Assembly: GCA_000432915.1 (NCBI GenBank)
Contig: HF995233.1
Location: forward strand, 100,637-164,636
Length of the DNA: 64,000 bases
Direction of reading: 5' to 3'
From: Firmicutes bacterium CAG:194
Lineage (GTDB): Bacteria > Bacillota > Clostridia > Lachnospirales > Lachnospiraceae
Shown here one piece after another: positions 29,526 to 39,753 of the stretch; the stretch's first letter is position 1, and each line of letters opens with the position of its first letter. Under the pieces are notes generated by a model. The model was given only the letters and a program-made list of their open reading frames with translations, had not been told where the DNA came from and made no database searches. The position numbers and the translations under genes were made by a program.

Positions 29526-32018
29526 TTACAGGAATTTTGCTTCTTCTTTTACCTTTTCACTTTCCTGTTTCCGTTTTAATGCCTCTTCTTCCAGCTCGCG
29601 TGCTTCTTTTTCCAGTTCTTCCGCATATTTGGCTTCTTCCATGGCACGTTTCAGGGCTTCCTTGGCTTCTTCCTGTGCACGTTTCGCCTGTTCCTTGGCT
29701 TCATCTGCCAGTTTTCGTGCTTCTGTCTCCGCTGCCTTTGCCTGCTCCAGTTTTTCCTGCTCCAGTTTTCTCTGTCTTTCTTCTTCCTTCAGGCGTTCAA
29801 TCTCTGCCTTTTCCTTTGCTGTAAAAGGTGTATAGCTGAATATCTGCATGCTTAACGCCGGCATTTTGATACGGATACTGTCTTCTCTGTCGTCACATTC
29901 ATCTTCTTTTGATGCAATGGCTCTTACATTGATATCATTTTCGCCGCCAAACTTACGCGCATCGGAATTCAGAATTTCCTTATATTTGCCCGGATACGGA
30001 ACACCGATCTTGTAATCTGTCCGTTTTTCATTGGCAAAGTTGCAGACAACCAGCAGGGTATCCTTATCCTTTCCTGTTTTCCGCAAAAATACAATAACAT
30101 TTTCATTTGCGGAAATATTATTGATCCATTCAAAGCCTTCCGGATCGTTATCCTCCGCATATAACGCAGGGTATTCCCTGTACATGCTGTTCAGTTTCTT
30201 AACATATTCCTGCATCTGTTTATGCTGGTCATACTGCAAAAGCTCCCATTCCACGCTTCTGTTCTCATTCCATTCATCAAACTCTGCAATGTCCTGACCC
30301 ATGAACAGCAGCTTTTTGCCCGGATGTGCCATCATAAAGCCGTAGGCTGCACGCAGGTTTTTAAACTTATCCGGAATCTCGCCCGGCATTTTGCCGATCA
30401 TGGAAGATTTGCCGTGCACAACCTCATCATGGGAAAGTACCAGCATGAATTTTTCACTGTATGCGTAGATCATACTGAAGGTCAGCTCACCATGGTGCTG
30501 GCCTCTGAAATAAGGATCCAGATGCATATAGCCCGTAAAATCATTCATCCAGCCCATATTCCATTTCAGATCAAAACCAAGTCCGTCCTTTTCAACAGGC
30601 TCTGTTACCTTCGGCCATGCAGTCGATTCTTCTGCGATCGTGATAACGCCGTCCTTCTGCTTATGGATCACACTGTTCAGATGCTTTAAAAATTCGATTG
30701 CTTCCAGATTTTCCTTTCCACCGTAAATATTCGGGATCCATTCGCCTTCGTTCTTGCCGTAATCCAGATAGAGCATAGATGCCACAGCGTCCATACGGAT
30801 TCCGTCCGCATGGAATACATTGATCCAGAACAATGCATTGGCGATCAGATAGTTCTTCACTTCAGGTCTGCCATAATTGTAAATAAGAGTTCCCCAATGC
30901 GGATGACATCCCTGTCTCCAGTCAGCATGCTCATACAGGCATGTTCCGTCAAAGGTTGCCAGTCCCTGTTCGTCCTTCGGGAAATGCGCCGGAACCCAGT
31001 CGAAGATAACACCAATCCCATGCTTGTGCATCTCATTCATAAAGAACATAAAATCTTCCGGAGAACCATAACGGGAAGTCGGTGCATAGTAACCAATTAC
31101 CTGATAGCCCCAGGAAGCGTCGAGCGGGTGCTCCATAACAGGCATCAGTTCAATGTGTGTATAGCCCATTTCCTTCACATAGGAAATGATCTTCGGTGCC
31201 AGTTCTCTGTAATTTACATACGATCCATTCTCGCCTCTTGCAAAGGAACCGAGATATACTTCGTAAACAGATATTGCTTCCTTTTCCGGTTTGAAATTCT
31301 TTCTATCTGCCAGCCAGTTTTCATCCGACCATTTAAACTTGGAAAGATCTGCCACAACAGAAGCAGTGTTTGGGCGGAGCTGCGCCTGATTTCCGTAAGG
31401 ATCTGCCTTTAAAAAGGTCTTTCCGCCTTTTAATTTGATCTCATACTTATAATTATCTCCGACATTGGCACACGGAATAAAGAGTTCAAAAATACCGCTG
31501 TCCCACAGGCGGCGCATCTGATGAAATCTACCGTCCCATCCGTTGAAATCCCCTACAACACTGACACGCATGGCATTTGGTGCCCAGACTGCAAAGTGAA
31601 CACCGGAAATGCCGTTGATCTTCATCGGGTGTGCGCCCAGAATGTCGTATACATTATAATGGATTCCATGGTTGAATTTTTCTGTATCTTTTTTTGTGAT
31701 CACAGGTCCAAAACAATAGGGATCACATACTTCCTTGATCTGTCCGTCCTGCATCCGTACTTCCACGGTATAACAGTCTGTTTTCTCTGCCTTTGGAACA
31801 AGCGCTGCAAAATACCCCTCTTCATCAGCAAGCTCCATGGCATATCTGTTTTTACCGATCACGATCACAGCACTGACCGCGCCCGGATAAAAGAACTGGA
31901 TCATGGTATTCATGCCTCTTACATGAGGACCGAGCAATCTGTGCGGATCATCCTCCTCCGCATACACAATACCTTCCACATCTGCCCAGTTCATCAGTTT
32001 GTATAATTTCTTTGTCAT
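29526..32018 (-). CDS. glgB: 1,4-alpha-glucan branching enzyme GlgB, with an unusual ~100-aa E/K/A-rich coiled-coil C-terminal tail
   Basis: GH13 catalytic motifs (DGIRMDAV, GYHPHWG), total 830 aa. The tail begins KAEIERLKEEERQRKLEQEKLEQAK.... Confidence 0.9.
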   Translation of the reverse strand: MTKKLYKLMNWADVEGIVYAEEDDPHRLLGPHVRGMNTMIQFFYPGAVSAVIVIGKNRYAMELADEEGYFAALVPKAEKTDCYTVEVRMQDGQIKEVCDPYCFGPVITKKDTEKFNHGIHYNVYDILGAHPMKINGISGVHFAVWAPNAMRVSVVGDFNGWDGRFHQMRRLWDSGIFELFIPCANVGDNYKYEIKLKGGKTFLKADPYGNQAQLRPNTASVVADLSKFKWSDENWLADRKNFKPEKEAISVYEVYLGSFARGENGSYVNYRELAPKIISYVKEMGYTHIELMPVMEHPLDASWGYQVIGYYAPTSRYGSPEDFMFFMNEMHKHGIGVIFDWVPAHFPKDEQGLATFDGTCLYEHADWRQGCHPHWGTLIYNYGRPEVKNYLIANALFWINVFHADGIRMDAVASMLYLDYGKNEGEWIPNIYGGKENLEAIEFLKHLNSVIHKQKDGVITIAEESTAWPKVTEPVEKDGLGFDLKWNMGWMNDFTGYMHLDPYFRGQHHGELTFSMIYAYSEKFMLVLSHDEVVHGKSSMIGKMPGEIPDKFKNLRAAYGFMMAHPGKKLLFMGQDIAEFDEWNENRSVEWELLQYDQHKQMQEYVKKLNSMYREYPALYAEDNDPEGFEWINNISANENVIVFLRKTGKDKDTLLVVCNFANEKRTDYKIGVPYPGKYKEILNSDARKFGGENDINVRAIASKEDECDDREDSIRIKMPALSMQIFSYTPFTAKEKAEIERLKEEERQRKLEQEKLEQAKAAETEARKLADEAKEQAKRAQEEAKEALKRAMEEAKYAEELEKEARELEEEALKRKQESEKVKEEAKFL

Positions 32019-32146
32019 GTAACATCCTCCCATTTCATTGCAGGCATTTCTCTGCTTTTACCTATTTGCAATTATTATATGATGTCGGGGTCAAAAGCCC
32101 CGGCTTTGATGCTCACGTGGTTTTAGACCTTTTGACTCTGGCATCA

Positions 32147-33385
32147 TTATATTTTATGTATAAATAATCCACTTCTCAGCTTTGGTTCAAACCATGTGGA
32201 CTTTGGTGGCATCAGACGGTCTGCGTCTGCTACGGCAAACAGCTCCTCCATGGAAGTCGGATACAGGCAGAAAGCCGCCTGACAGTCTGTGTGACAGCGC
32301 CGCTCCAGCTCTGCCAGCCCACGTATGCCTCCCACAAAGTCAATGCGGTGATCCGTTTTTGGATCCCGGATATTTAAGATCGGTGCCAGAAGGTCATTCT
32401 GCAATACAGAAACATCCAGTGCTTCCACAGGATCTTCGCTTTTCTTCCCGATCTGTGTAAGCACATACCACCGGTTCTCCAGATACATGCCAAACATACC
32501 TTTTCTGTCACAGTGTACAGCCTCTGTCCCATCACCGTTCAGATGCACTGTAAATTTCTCTCTGACTTTTTCCAGAAACGCCTCCGGCGAAAGTCCGTTC
32601 AGATCTTTTACCACTCTGTTATAGTCCATGATATGCAGCTCCGACTCCGCAAATAAAACGGAAAGGAAATAATTGAATTCTTCGTTTCCCGTATAGCCTG
32701 GGTTTTCTTCGCGTCGTTTCAAAGATACTTTTACTGCGGAAGCACAGCGGTGATGCCCATCCGCAATATAGATTTTCTCCATATTTGCAAAGCAATTTTG
32801 AATTTGACTGATTCGGTCAACATCTGTAATCTGCCACATCCGATGTCTAATCCCGTCTTCGGAAGTAAAATCCGCATATGGCATGTTCTGTTTCTCTGTC
32901 TGTTTGATCTGTTCAAGTGCATCATCTGTCCGATATGCCAGAAAGATCGGCCCTGTCTGGGCAGAGAGCGTGTCTACATGACGGATCCTGTCCGCTTCTT
33001 TTTCCGCACGCGTATTTTCATGCTTCATGATCACGCCTGACAGGTAATCATCCACACTTGCACAGGCTACGATACCGGTCTGGCTTCTTCCCTGCATCGT
33101 CAGCTCATATAAGTAATAGCACGGCTTCTCATCCTGTATATAGGTTCCATCCGCGATCTGACCGGTCAAAAGCTGCTGTGCCCGCTCGTACACCTTTGGA
33201 TCATAGGTGTCCACCTCGTCTGCAAGCCCTGTTTCCGCTCTGTCGATATTTAAAAAGGAAAGCGGATTGCCTTTCACAGCTTCTTTGGCTTCCTGTCTGT
33301 TATAGACATCATACGGAAGTGCTGCTACATTCGCTTCCAATCCCTTTCCCGGTCTGATACTGCAAAATGGTTTGATATCTGCCAT
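32147..33385 (-). CDS. DUF1015 family protein
   Basis: N-terminus ADIKPFCSIRPGKGLEANVAALPYDVYNRQEA, characteristic of DUF1015. Confidence 0.55.
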   Translation of the reverse strand: MADIKPFCSIRPGKGLEANVAALPYDVYNRQEAKEAVKGNPLSFLNIDRAETGLADEVDTYDPKVYERAQQLLTGQIADGTYIQDEKPCYYLYELTMQGRSQTGIVACASVDDYLSGVIMKHENTRAEKEADRIRHVDTLSAQTGPIFLAYRTDDALEQIKQTEKQNMPYADFTSEDGIRHRMWQITDVDRISQIQNCFANMEKIYIADGHHRCASAVKVSLKRREENPGYTGNEEFNYFLSVLFAESELHIMDYNRVVKDLNGLSPEAFLEKVREKFTVHLNGDGTEAVHCDRKGMFGMYLENRWYVLTQIGKKSEDPVEALDVSVLQNDLLAPILNIRDPKTDHRIDFVGGIRGLAELERRCHTDCQAAFCLYPTSMEELFAVADADRLMPPKSTWFEPKLRSGLFIHKI

Positions 33386-33515
33386 CATGTTCTCCTGTAA
33401 GTGATAATTTTATATAACATGTATAGTATAGCAAATTTGGCAGGGTAAGTAAACTTTTTTGACAGTGCATGTGAAAAATGATAAGATGTGTTTCACAAAG
33501 AAAGGATGGTTTGTT

Positions 33516-33788
33516 ATGACAAAAGAAGATCAGGCATTTTTAGATCGTATCACTGCCTATATCAACAAGAAATCGATCAACAGTGATCCGAATCAGCGTG
33601 CGACCGCTACTACCTCGCAGCAGATTGATAAATTGAAACCGATATTTATGAAGATTGCCAATGAAGACGGATGTGAGATTTCCGACGTGCTCGTCCGTTA
33701 TATGGATCTTTCCTCGCAGGCTGCGGCAGAGAAAGCTGCCAGAGAGCAGGCGGATACCGTGGATCTCGGCTCGCTACTTAAAATGTAA
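33516..33788 (+). CDS. Hypothetical small protein (90 aa)
   Basis: AAAGGATGG RBS. No recognisable motif. Confidence 0.3.
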   Translation: MTKEDQAFLDRITAYINKKSINSDPNQRATATTSQQIDKLKPIFMKIANEDGCEISDVLVRYMDLSSQAAAEKAAREQADTVDLGSLLKM

Positions 33789-33815
33789 TCATTCCATAAA
33801 GTATCATATACTCTA

Positions 33816-33985
33816 AATGGGTATTTCCTATAACCGCAATCACACTTGACTCCCCTGCGATTTGTCAAAGCACATATTGCACGTGCTCCGGCCGCTAGAA
33901 AGCGTAGCGGTCTCTCCGCACGGCAAGTGCTTTGCAAATCTCGGTCGTCTACGCTATCGATTGCTCATTATAGGAAATACCCATT
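33816..33985 (-). repeat. Palindromic hairpin-forming repeat element, copy A (MITE/REP-like, inverted orientation)
   Basis: Conserved ends (AGCAATCGATAGCGTAGACGACCGAGATTT ... AAATCGCAGGGGAGTCAAGTGTGATTGC on the minus strand). Outer 18-bp inverted repeat AATGGGTATTTCCTATAA. Confidence 0.6.
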
Positions 33986-34066
33986 TTCTGTATATATTTA
34001 ACTGTGTAAAAAAAGATAAAATAATAATGACTGCAATATTTATTATTAATATTGATAGAACAATAA

Positions 34067-34238
34067 AGCAGGAAGCCCTATATAAAAAGCAATCGATAGT
34101 GTAGCCGACCGAGATTTATCGTTCCCTTTACCGGAGCGAGCGATCACAAAGCTTTTACGTGACGGGAGCCCGGTAAAATGGGAACGAGATAAATCGCAGG
34201 GCAGGCAAACGTGATTGCTTTTATATAAGGCTTCCTGC
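34067..34238 (+). repeat. Palindromic hairpin-forming repeat element, copy B
   Basis: AAGCAATCGATAGTGTAGCCGACCGAGATTT ... AAATCGCAGGGCAGGCAAACGTGATTGCTT. Outer 26-bp inverted repeat GCAGGAAGCCCTATATAAAAGCAATC. Confidence 0.6.
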
Positions 34239-34279
34239 GTATTATTTTACACCTTAAATATTACAATTTATAAAAACAT

Positions 34280-35443
34280 CTATTTTACCACACGAACACG
34301 GAACACGCCTTCGATGTTCTTCAACTTCTCGACGATATCCTCTGTCACAGGCTGCTCTAAATCCATCATGGTATAGGCAACTTCACCTCTTGATTTGTTC
34401 ATCATATCGGTGATGTTCATGCCCTGATCTCCAAAAGTTGCTGTAAACTTTGTGATCATGTTGGCAACATTTTTATGGAAAATTGCTACACGGCTTGCCT
34501 GTGCGCAGACGCCCATGTCAAGAGCCGGATAGTTTACACTGTTTTTGATATTGCCGTTTTCCAGATAATCGGAAAGTTCTGCAACAGCCATGACTGCACA
34601 GTTATCTTCTGATTCTTCTGTGGAAGCGCCAAGATGCGGTGTTACGATACAGCCCGGCTGACCTGCAACAGTCGGATTTGCAAAGTCCGTCATATATCTC
34701 TTTACCTTACCGGATTCGATTGCTTTTAATAAAGCAGGCTCATCCACTAAGATGTCACGTGCATAGTTCAGGATCACTACGCCATCCTTCATCATGGAAA
34801 TGGCTTCTGCATTGATCATGCCCTTTGTAGAATCCAGAAGCGGTACGTGAATCGTGATGAAATCACATTCTGCGTAGATCTCTTCTACGTTTAATACATG
34901 CTTTACGCTGCGGTTCAGGTTCCATGCTGCATTAACGGATAAGTATGGATCATAGCCATATACTTCCATACCCAAATGGATCGCTGCATTTGCAACCTTG
35001 ACACCGATCGCACCAAGACCGATGATACCAAGCTTTTTGCCTGCGATCTCAGTACCTGCGAATTTCTTCTTTTCCTTTTCCTGTGCTTTTGCAATGCCTT
35101 CGTCATCTTTATCGGATTTTACCCATTCGATACCACCAACGATATCACGGCTTGCAAGCAGCATACCTGCCAGCACAAGCTCCTTTACACCATTGGCATT
35201 TGCACCGGGTGTATTGAATACGACGATACCTTTTTCCGCACATTTATCAAGCGGGATATTATTGACACCTGCACCGGCCCTTGCAACAGCAAGCAGCTTT
35301 TCAGGTAACTCCATATCATGCATGGCTGCACTTCTGACTAAAACACCATCCGCTTCCTTGATATCTTCTGTTTTTTTATAATCTGCACCGAAACCGTCCA
35401 GTCCAACCTGCGCGATCGGGTTTAAACAATAATACTGAAACAT
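34280..35443 (-). CDS. serA: D-3-phosphoglycerate dehydrogenase
   Basis: D-2-hydroxyacid dehydrogenase motifs (GLGAIGVKVA) plus a C-terminal ACT domain, 387 aa. Confidence 0.85.
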   Translation of the reverse strand: MFQYYCLNPIAQVGLDGFGADYKKTEDIKEADGVLVRSAAMHDMELPEKLLAVARAGAGVNNIPLDKCAEKGIVVFNTPGANANGVKELVLAGMLLASRDIVGGIEWVKSDKDDEGIAKAQEKEKKKFAGTEIAGKKLGIIGLGAIGVKVANAAIHLGMEVYGYDPYLSVNAAWNLNRSVKHVLNVEEIYAECDFITIHVPLLDSTKGMINAEAISMMKDGVVILNYARDILVDEPALLKAIESGKVKRYMTDFANPTVAGQPGCIVTPHLGASTEESEDNCAVMAVAELSDYLENGNIKNSVNYPALDMGVCAQASRVAIFHKNVANMITKFTATFGDQGMNITDMMNKSRGEVAYTMMDLEQPVTEDIVEKLKNIEGVFRVRVVK

Positions 35444-35466
35444 AAAAATCCCTCTTTTCTACACCT

Positions 35467-36552
35467 TTATTTTAAGTTCTCTGCCTCGAATTTTTTCATA
35501 AACTCTACCAGCTTTACAACACCTTCGTATGGCATTGCGTTGTAGATAGATGCACGCATACCACCGACTGTTCTGTGCCCCTTCAGATTTTCAAAACCGG
35601 CTTCTTTTGCTTCTTTTACAAATTTGGCATCCAGATCTGCATCACCTGTTACGAACGGTACGTTCATCAGGGATCTGTCTTCCTTTACAACAGTTCCTTT
35701 GAATAACTTGCTCTCGTCAAGGAAATCATACAGCACTTCTGCCTTCTTCTCGTTGCGCTCCTTCATCACTTCCAGACCGCCCATCTTCTTAAGCCACTTA
35801 AATACCTTACCGCAGATATAAATGCCGTAAGCCGGTGGTGTATTGTACAGAGACTGCGCATCTGCATGGATCTTATACTTTAACATGGTTGGTGTGCCCG
35901 GCAGAACATCTTCTGTGATCAGGTCTTCTCTGATGATCACGATAACAACACCTGCAGGACCGATGTTCTTCTGTACGCCGCCGTAGATCACGCCGTATTT
36001 TGTTACATCAACAGGCTCTGATAAGAAGCAGGATGAAACATCCGCTACGAGTGTATGTCCCTTTGTATTCGGGAGTTTTTTGTATTTTGTACCGTAAATG
36101 GTATTGTTCTCACAAATATAAACATAATCAAGATCTTCCGGAATATCCAGATCGGAGCAGTCCGGTATGTAAGAAAATGTCTTGTCTGCGGAAGAAGCAA
36201 GCTCGATCGCATCACCGTAGATCTTAGCTTCCTGATAAGCTTTCTTTGCCCACTGACCTGTTACGATATAACCTGCTTTTTTATTCTTCATCAGGTTCAT
36301 CGGGATCATGGCAAACTGCTGGCTTGCACCGCCCTGCAGGAATAATACTTTATAGTTGTCAGGAATGTTCATAAGCTCTCTCAGATCCGATTCGGCTTCC
36401 TTGATAATGGTATCGTAGGCTTTGGATCTGTGGCTCATCTCCATAACCGACATACCGGTTCCTCTGTAATCTAACATTTCATCTGCAGCTTCTTTTAATA
36501 CTTCTTCAGGTAAAACTGCCGGACCTGCCGAAAAGTTATAAACTCTAGACAC
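35467..36552 (-). CDS. serC: Phosphoserine aminotransferase
   Basis: MSRVYNFSAGPAVLPEEVL and class V aminotransferase motifs. Confidence 0.9.
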   Translation of the reverse strand: MSRVYNFSAGPAVLPEEVLKEAADEMLDYRGTGMSVMEMSHRSKAYDTIIKEAESDLRELMNIPDNYKVLFLQGGASQQFAMIPMNLMKNKKAGYIVTGQWAKKAYQEAKIYGDAIELASSADKTFSYIPDCSDLDIPEDLDYVYICENNTIYGTKYKKLPNTKGHTLVADVSSCFLSEPVDVTKYGVIYGGVQKNIGPAGVVIVIIREDLITEDVLPGTPTMLKYKIHADAQSLYNTPPAYGIYICGKVFKWLKKMGGLEVMKERNEKKAEVLYDFLDESKLFKGTVVKEDRSLMNVPFVTGDADLDAKFVKEAKEAGFENLKGHRTVGGMRASIYNAMPYEGVVKLVEFMKKFEAENLK

Positions 36553-36634
36553 TTTTTTCTCCTCCTGTTTCTGCCAGATATGGCAGATTATTTTATCAAC
36601 ATCTTAATTATTCTACCTTTTTCGCTTCACCGCG

Positions 36635-38053
36635 TCAATAGAAAATAATGACCGGGGTTCCGACCTCCGCCATATCATATAGTTTACTGACCTCATCAAA
36701 CGGCGTATTGATACAGCCGTGAGAGCCGCCTGTTTTATATATACTGCCGCCGAATTTGCGCCGCCATGTCGCATCATGGATGCCAATATTTCCATAGACC
36801 GCCATCCAGTAGCTGACCGGTGTTGCATAATCCTCCCCGCGCAGCACACGGTTTCTCTGCTTAAAATAAATATAACATACCTTCTGCGGCGTTCCACGAC
36901 CCAGACTTGTATTTCCCGTTACAACAGGCGTGGAAAGCTCCTGCCTGCCATTCACGTAATAATACATCATCTGGTCGGTCATATCGACTTCTATGTAGGT
37001 GGAACCGATATCATCCAGTCCATCGATCCCCGTATAGCTGACCTGCTTGTAAACCGGCGTTCTTGTCTCCACTCTGCCACTTGGCACCGCAGCATAAAGA
37101 TGCGCAAGCTCTTCATCTTCATCAATCTTACAGCCATATGTGCCTGTTTCGACCGTAACGGTCACGCCACGCGTTGCCCGGAAAGATCTTGGCTTTCCGA
37201 CTGTATTTAAGTGTTCCGCAAGCTCCTCTACCATCTCCTGCATCAGTTTTTCATCCAGGTACGGCTTTCCCACATCATCTAAAAGCAGCTTTCCATCTTC
37301 CTGTGCCAGAAGATTGCTTACCTTTTTACGGTCGATCACATAATCACCCTGACTGCTCTCATACGTGATCTCCGTATTCATATACGGGGACAACGCATCC
37401 CAGAGCGCAAGCGTCTGTTTCATCTGACTCGTATAGGCAAAGGTTTCATAGCAGTCTGCTTTTGCCAGATCGATCTCATATTCCTGTGCATCGAGTGCTT
37501 TTTCGATCGCCTGTACGGCTTTTTCATGATTGAGCAGATTCTGTGTTTCATCGTACAGATAATAGCCATCCGTATTTCTGCGGATCTCGATCACTCTGTT
37601 TTTATCTTCTGAGTTGTCCTTCAGATAACTGCAGCCGTCCAGATAAGCGGTCAGCTTGTTATGGTCATAAGAAATATCCGGCAGAAGCTGTTTCTCCTGA
37701 TAAGAAACATTGCCGTTTTCTAAAAACCAGTTCACAAATTTCAGTACAGACTGGGTTTCGTGCAGATTCTGCAGTTCTGCCAGATAATCTTCCCGAAATC
37801 CCGCTTCCTCCATCGAAAAAGAATGCTCTTCTCCTTCTGCATCCGTAATGATGCAGGTCGGAAGCAGCGCATTCTCTTTCAGCTTGTCATTCATCTGCTG
37901 CGGAGTCATATCCGCTGCGTAGACACCATTCACAAACAGCCCGGGCATAAATGTCTCCCGGTACTGAAAGCGGATCGCACCATAGCAGCCCCCAATGAGC
38001 GCCGCAGGCAATACAATCAGAATGACAAATAAGATCATAAGAATTCTTTTCAT
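36635..38053 (-). CDS. L,D-transpeptidase (YkuD-type catalytic domain) with an N-terminal signal/TM anchor
   Basis: C-terminal HDATWRRKFGG...SHGCINTP catalytic motif. Confidence 0.7.
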   Translation of the reverse strand: MKRILMILFVILIVLPAALIGGCYGAIRFQYRETFMPGLFVNGVYAADMTPQQMNDKLKENALLPTCIITDAEGEEHSFSMEEAGFREDYLAELQNLHETQSVLKFVNWFLENGNVSYQEKQLLPDISYDHNKLTAYLDGCSYLKDNSEDKNRVIEIRRNTDGYYLYDETQNLLNHEKAVQAIEKALDAQEYEIDLAKADCYETFAYTSQMKQTLALWDALSPYMNTEITYESSQGDYVIDRKKVSNLLAQEDGKLLLDDVGKPYLDEKLMQEMVEELAEHLNTVGKPRSFRATRGVTVTVETGTYGCKIDEDEELAHLYAAVPSGRVETRTPVYKQVSYTGIDGLDDIGSTYIEVDMTDQMMYYYVNGRQELSTPVVTGNTSLGRGTPQKVCYIYFKQRNRVLRGEDYATPVSYWMAVYGNIGIHDATWRRKFGGSIYKTGGSHGCINTPFDEVSKLYDMAEVGTPVIIFY

Positions 38054-38058
38054 AGAAT

Positions 38059-39738
38059 TTATTTTTCCATATCCTTTTCGTCGAATACTTCATCAATCGG
38101 TTTCCCCGCCGGAACCATTGGGAATACTTTATCATCAGGATCTATCACGCACTCGATCAGAACCGGTGCATTTGCTGCAATTGCCTTTTTGATCGTCGGA
38201 AGTACTTCTTCTTTTCTGGTTACACGATATGCCTGACAGCCGAGTGCCTCAGCCACCTTACAGTAATCTACTTTATCCTTCAGAACAGTCTGGGAATATC
38301 TCTGTCCGTAGAACAATGTCTGCCACTGACGTACCATTCCGAGCACGGCATTATTGATCACAACCTGAATGATCGGGATGTTGTAACGGCTTGCTGTTGC
38401 CAGCTCATTCATGTTCATACGGAAACAGCCGTCACCTGCAATATTGATGCAGATCTTATCCGGGCGTCCCACTTTGGCACCGATGCAGGCACCCAGACCA
38501 TAGCCCATTGTACCAAGTCCGCCGGAGCTTAAGAAGGTGCGCGGCTTTGTATAATGATAATACTGGGCAGCCCACATCTGATGCTGTCCGACATCCGTGG
38601 AAATGATCGCTTCTCCCTTTGTTGCCTGATCGATCTGCTCGATCACATAAGGACAGGTCAGTACATCATGATTGTAATCCAGCGGATATTTTTTCTTCAG
38701 ATCCAGTATATGCGCTTTCCACTCCGGATGAGACTTCTGGGAAAGCTTCTGGTTTACTTCTGCCAGAACATCCTTCAGATCACCGACAAGCGAAGCATCC
38801 GTTCTGATATTTTTATTGACTTCAGCCGCATCAATATCAATATGTACGATTTTTGCATTTGCCGCGAAGGTCTTCGGATCTCCGATCACGCGGTCGGAAA
38901 AGCGGGCACCGAGCGCTATCAGAAGATCACACTCGGAAACACCGAGATTGGATGTCTTTGTACCGTGCATACCGATCATGCCTGTGTACATATCATCATA
39001 GCCGTCAAATGCGCCCTTGCCCATCAGCGTATCACATACCGGGCAATCCAGCTTCTTAGCAAGCTCTCTGACCTGCTCGCTGGCTCCTGACAGGATCACA
39101 CCGCCGCCAATATACATATACGGCTTTTCTGCCTGCTCCATCAGTTTCACAACTTCGTCCAGCTGTTCTTCCGTGTATTTATTCTCATAAACCGGTTTTA
39201 CTGCCGGCTGATACGTATATTCACATGTATTTGCCGTAACATCCTTTGTGATATCGACAAGGACAGGTCCCGGTCTGCCGCTCTGCGCGATCTGGAACGC
39301 CTTGCGGATCGTATCTGCCAGCACATTGATATCCTTTACGATATAACCGTGCTTTGTGATAGGCATTGTCACACCGGCGATATCCACCTCCTGGAAGGAA
39401 TCCTTTCCAAGTGCCGGTAAATTAACATTTGCAGTGATCGCAACGATCGGAATACTGTCCATATAAGCAGTTGCGATTCCGGTAACCAGATTGGTCGCAC
39501 CCGGTCCGCTTGTTGCCATGCAGACACCGACCTTTCCGGTTGCTCGTGCATAACCGTCCGCAGCGTGTGCAGCTCCCTGCTCATGCGACGTCAGAATATG
39601 ATTGATCTCATCTGCGTGTTTATAAAGTGCATCATATACATTTAAGATCGTACCGCCCGGATAACCAAAGACAGTATCAACCCCCTGTTCCTTCAAACAT
39701 TCAATTACGATTTCAGCCCCTGTTAACTGCATCATCAT
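38059..39738 (-). CDS. ilvB: Acetolactate synthase large subunit (biosynthetic type)
   Basis: Thiamine-diphosphate-enzyme motifs. N-terminus GAEIVIECLKEQGVDTVFGYPGG. Confidence 0.85.
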   Translation of the reverse strand: MMMQLTGAEIVIECLKEQGVDTVFGYPGGTILNVYDALYKHADEINHILTSHEQGAAHAADGYARATGKVGVCMATSGPGATNLVTGIATAYMDSIPIVAITANVNLPALGKDSFQEVDIAGVTMPITKHGYIVKDINVLADTIRKAFQIAQSGRPGPVLVDITKDVTANTCEYTYQPAVKPVYENKYTEEQLDEVVKLMEQAEKPYMYIGGGVILSGASEQVRELAKKLDCPVCDTLMGKGAFDGYDDMYTGMIGMHGTKTSNLGVSECDLLIALGARFSDRVIGDPKTFAANAKIVHIDIDAAEVNKNIRTDASLVGDLKDVLAEVNQKLSQKSHPEWKAHILDLKKKYPLDYNHDVLTCPYVIEQIDQATKGEAIISTDVGQHQMWAAQYYHYTKPRTFLSSGGLGTMGYGLGACIGAKVGRPDKICINIAGDGCFRMNMNELATASRYNIPIIQVVINNAVLGMVRQWQTLFYGQRYSQTVLKDKVDYCKVAEALGCQAYRVTRKEEVLPTIKKAIAANAPVLIECVIDPDDKVFPMVPAGKPIDEVFDEKDMEK

Positions 39739-39753
39739 ACCTCCAAGTGTAGC

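Noticed and set aside
29076-29835. Several + strand ORFs with proline/serine/alanine-rich translations
   Set aside because: They are antisense to mscS and to the repetitive coiled-coil-coding 3' end of glgB, so they are repeat-driven artefacts.
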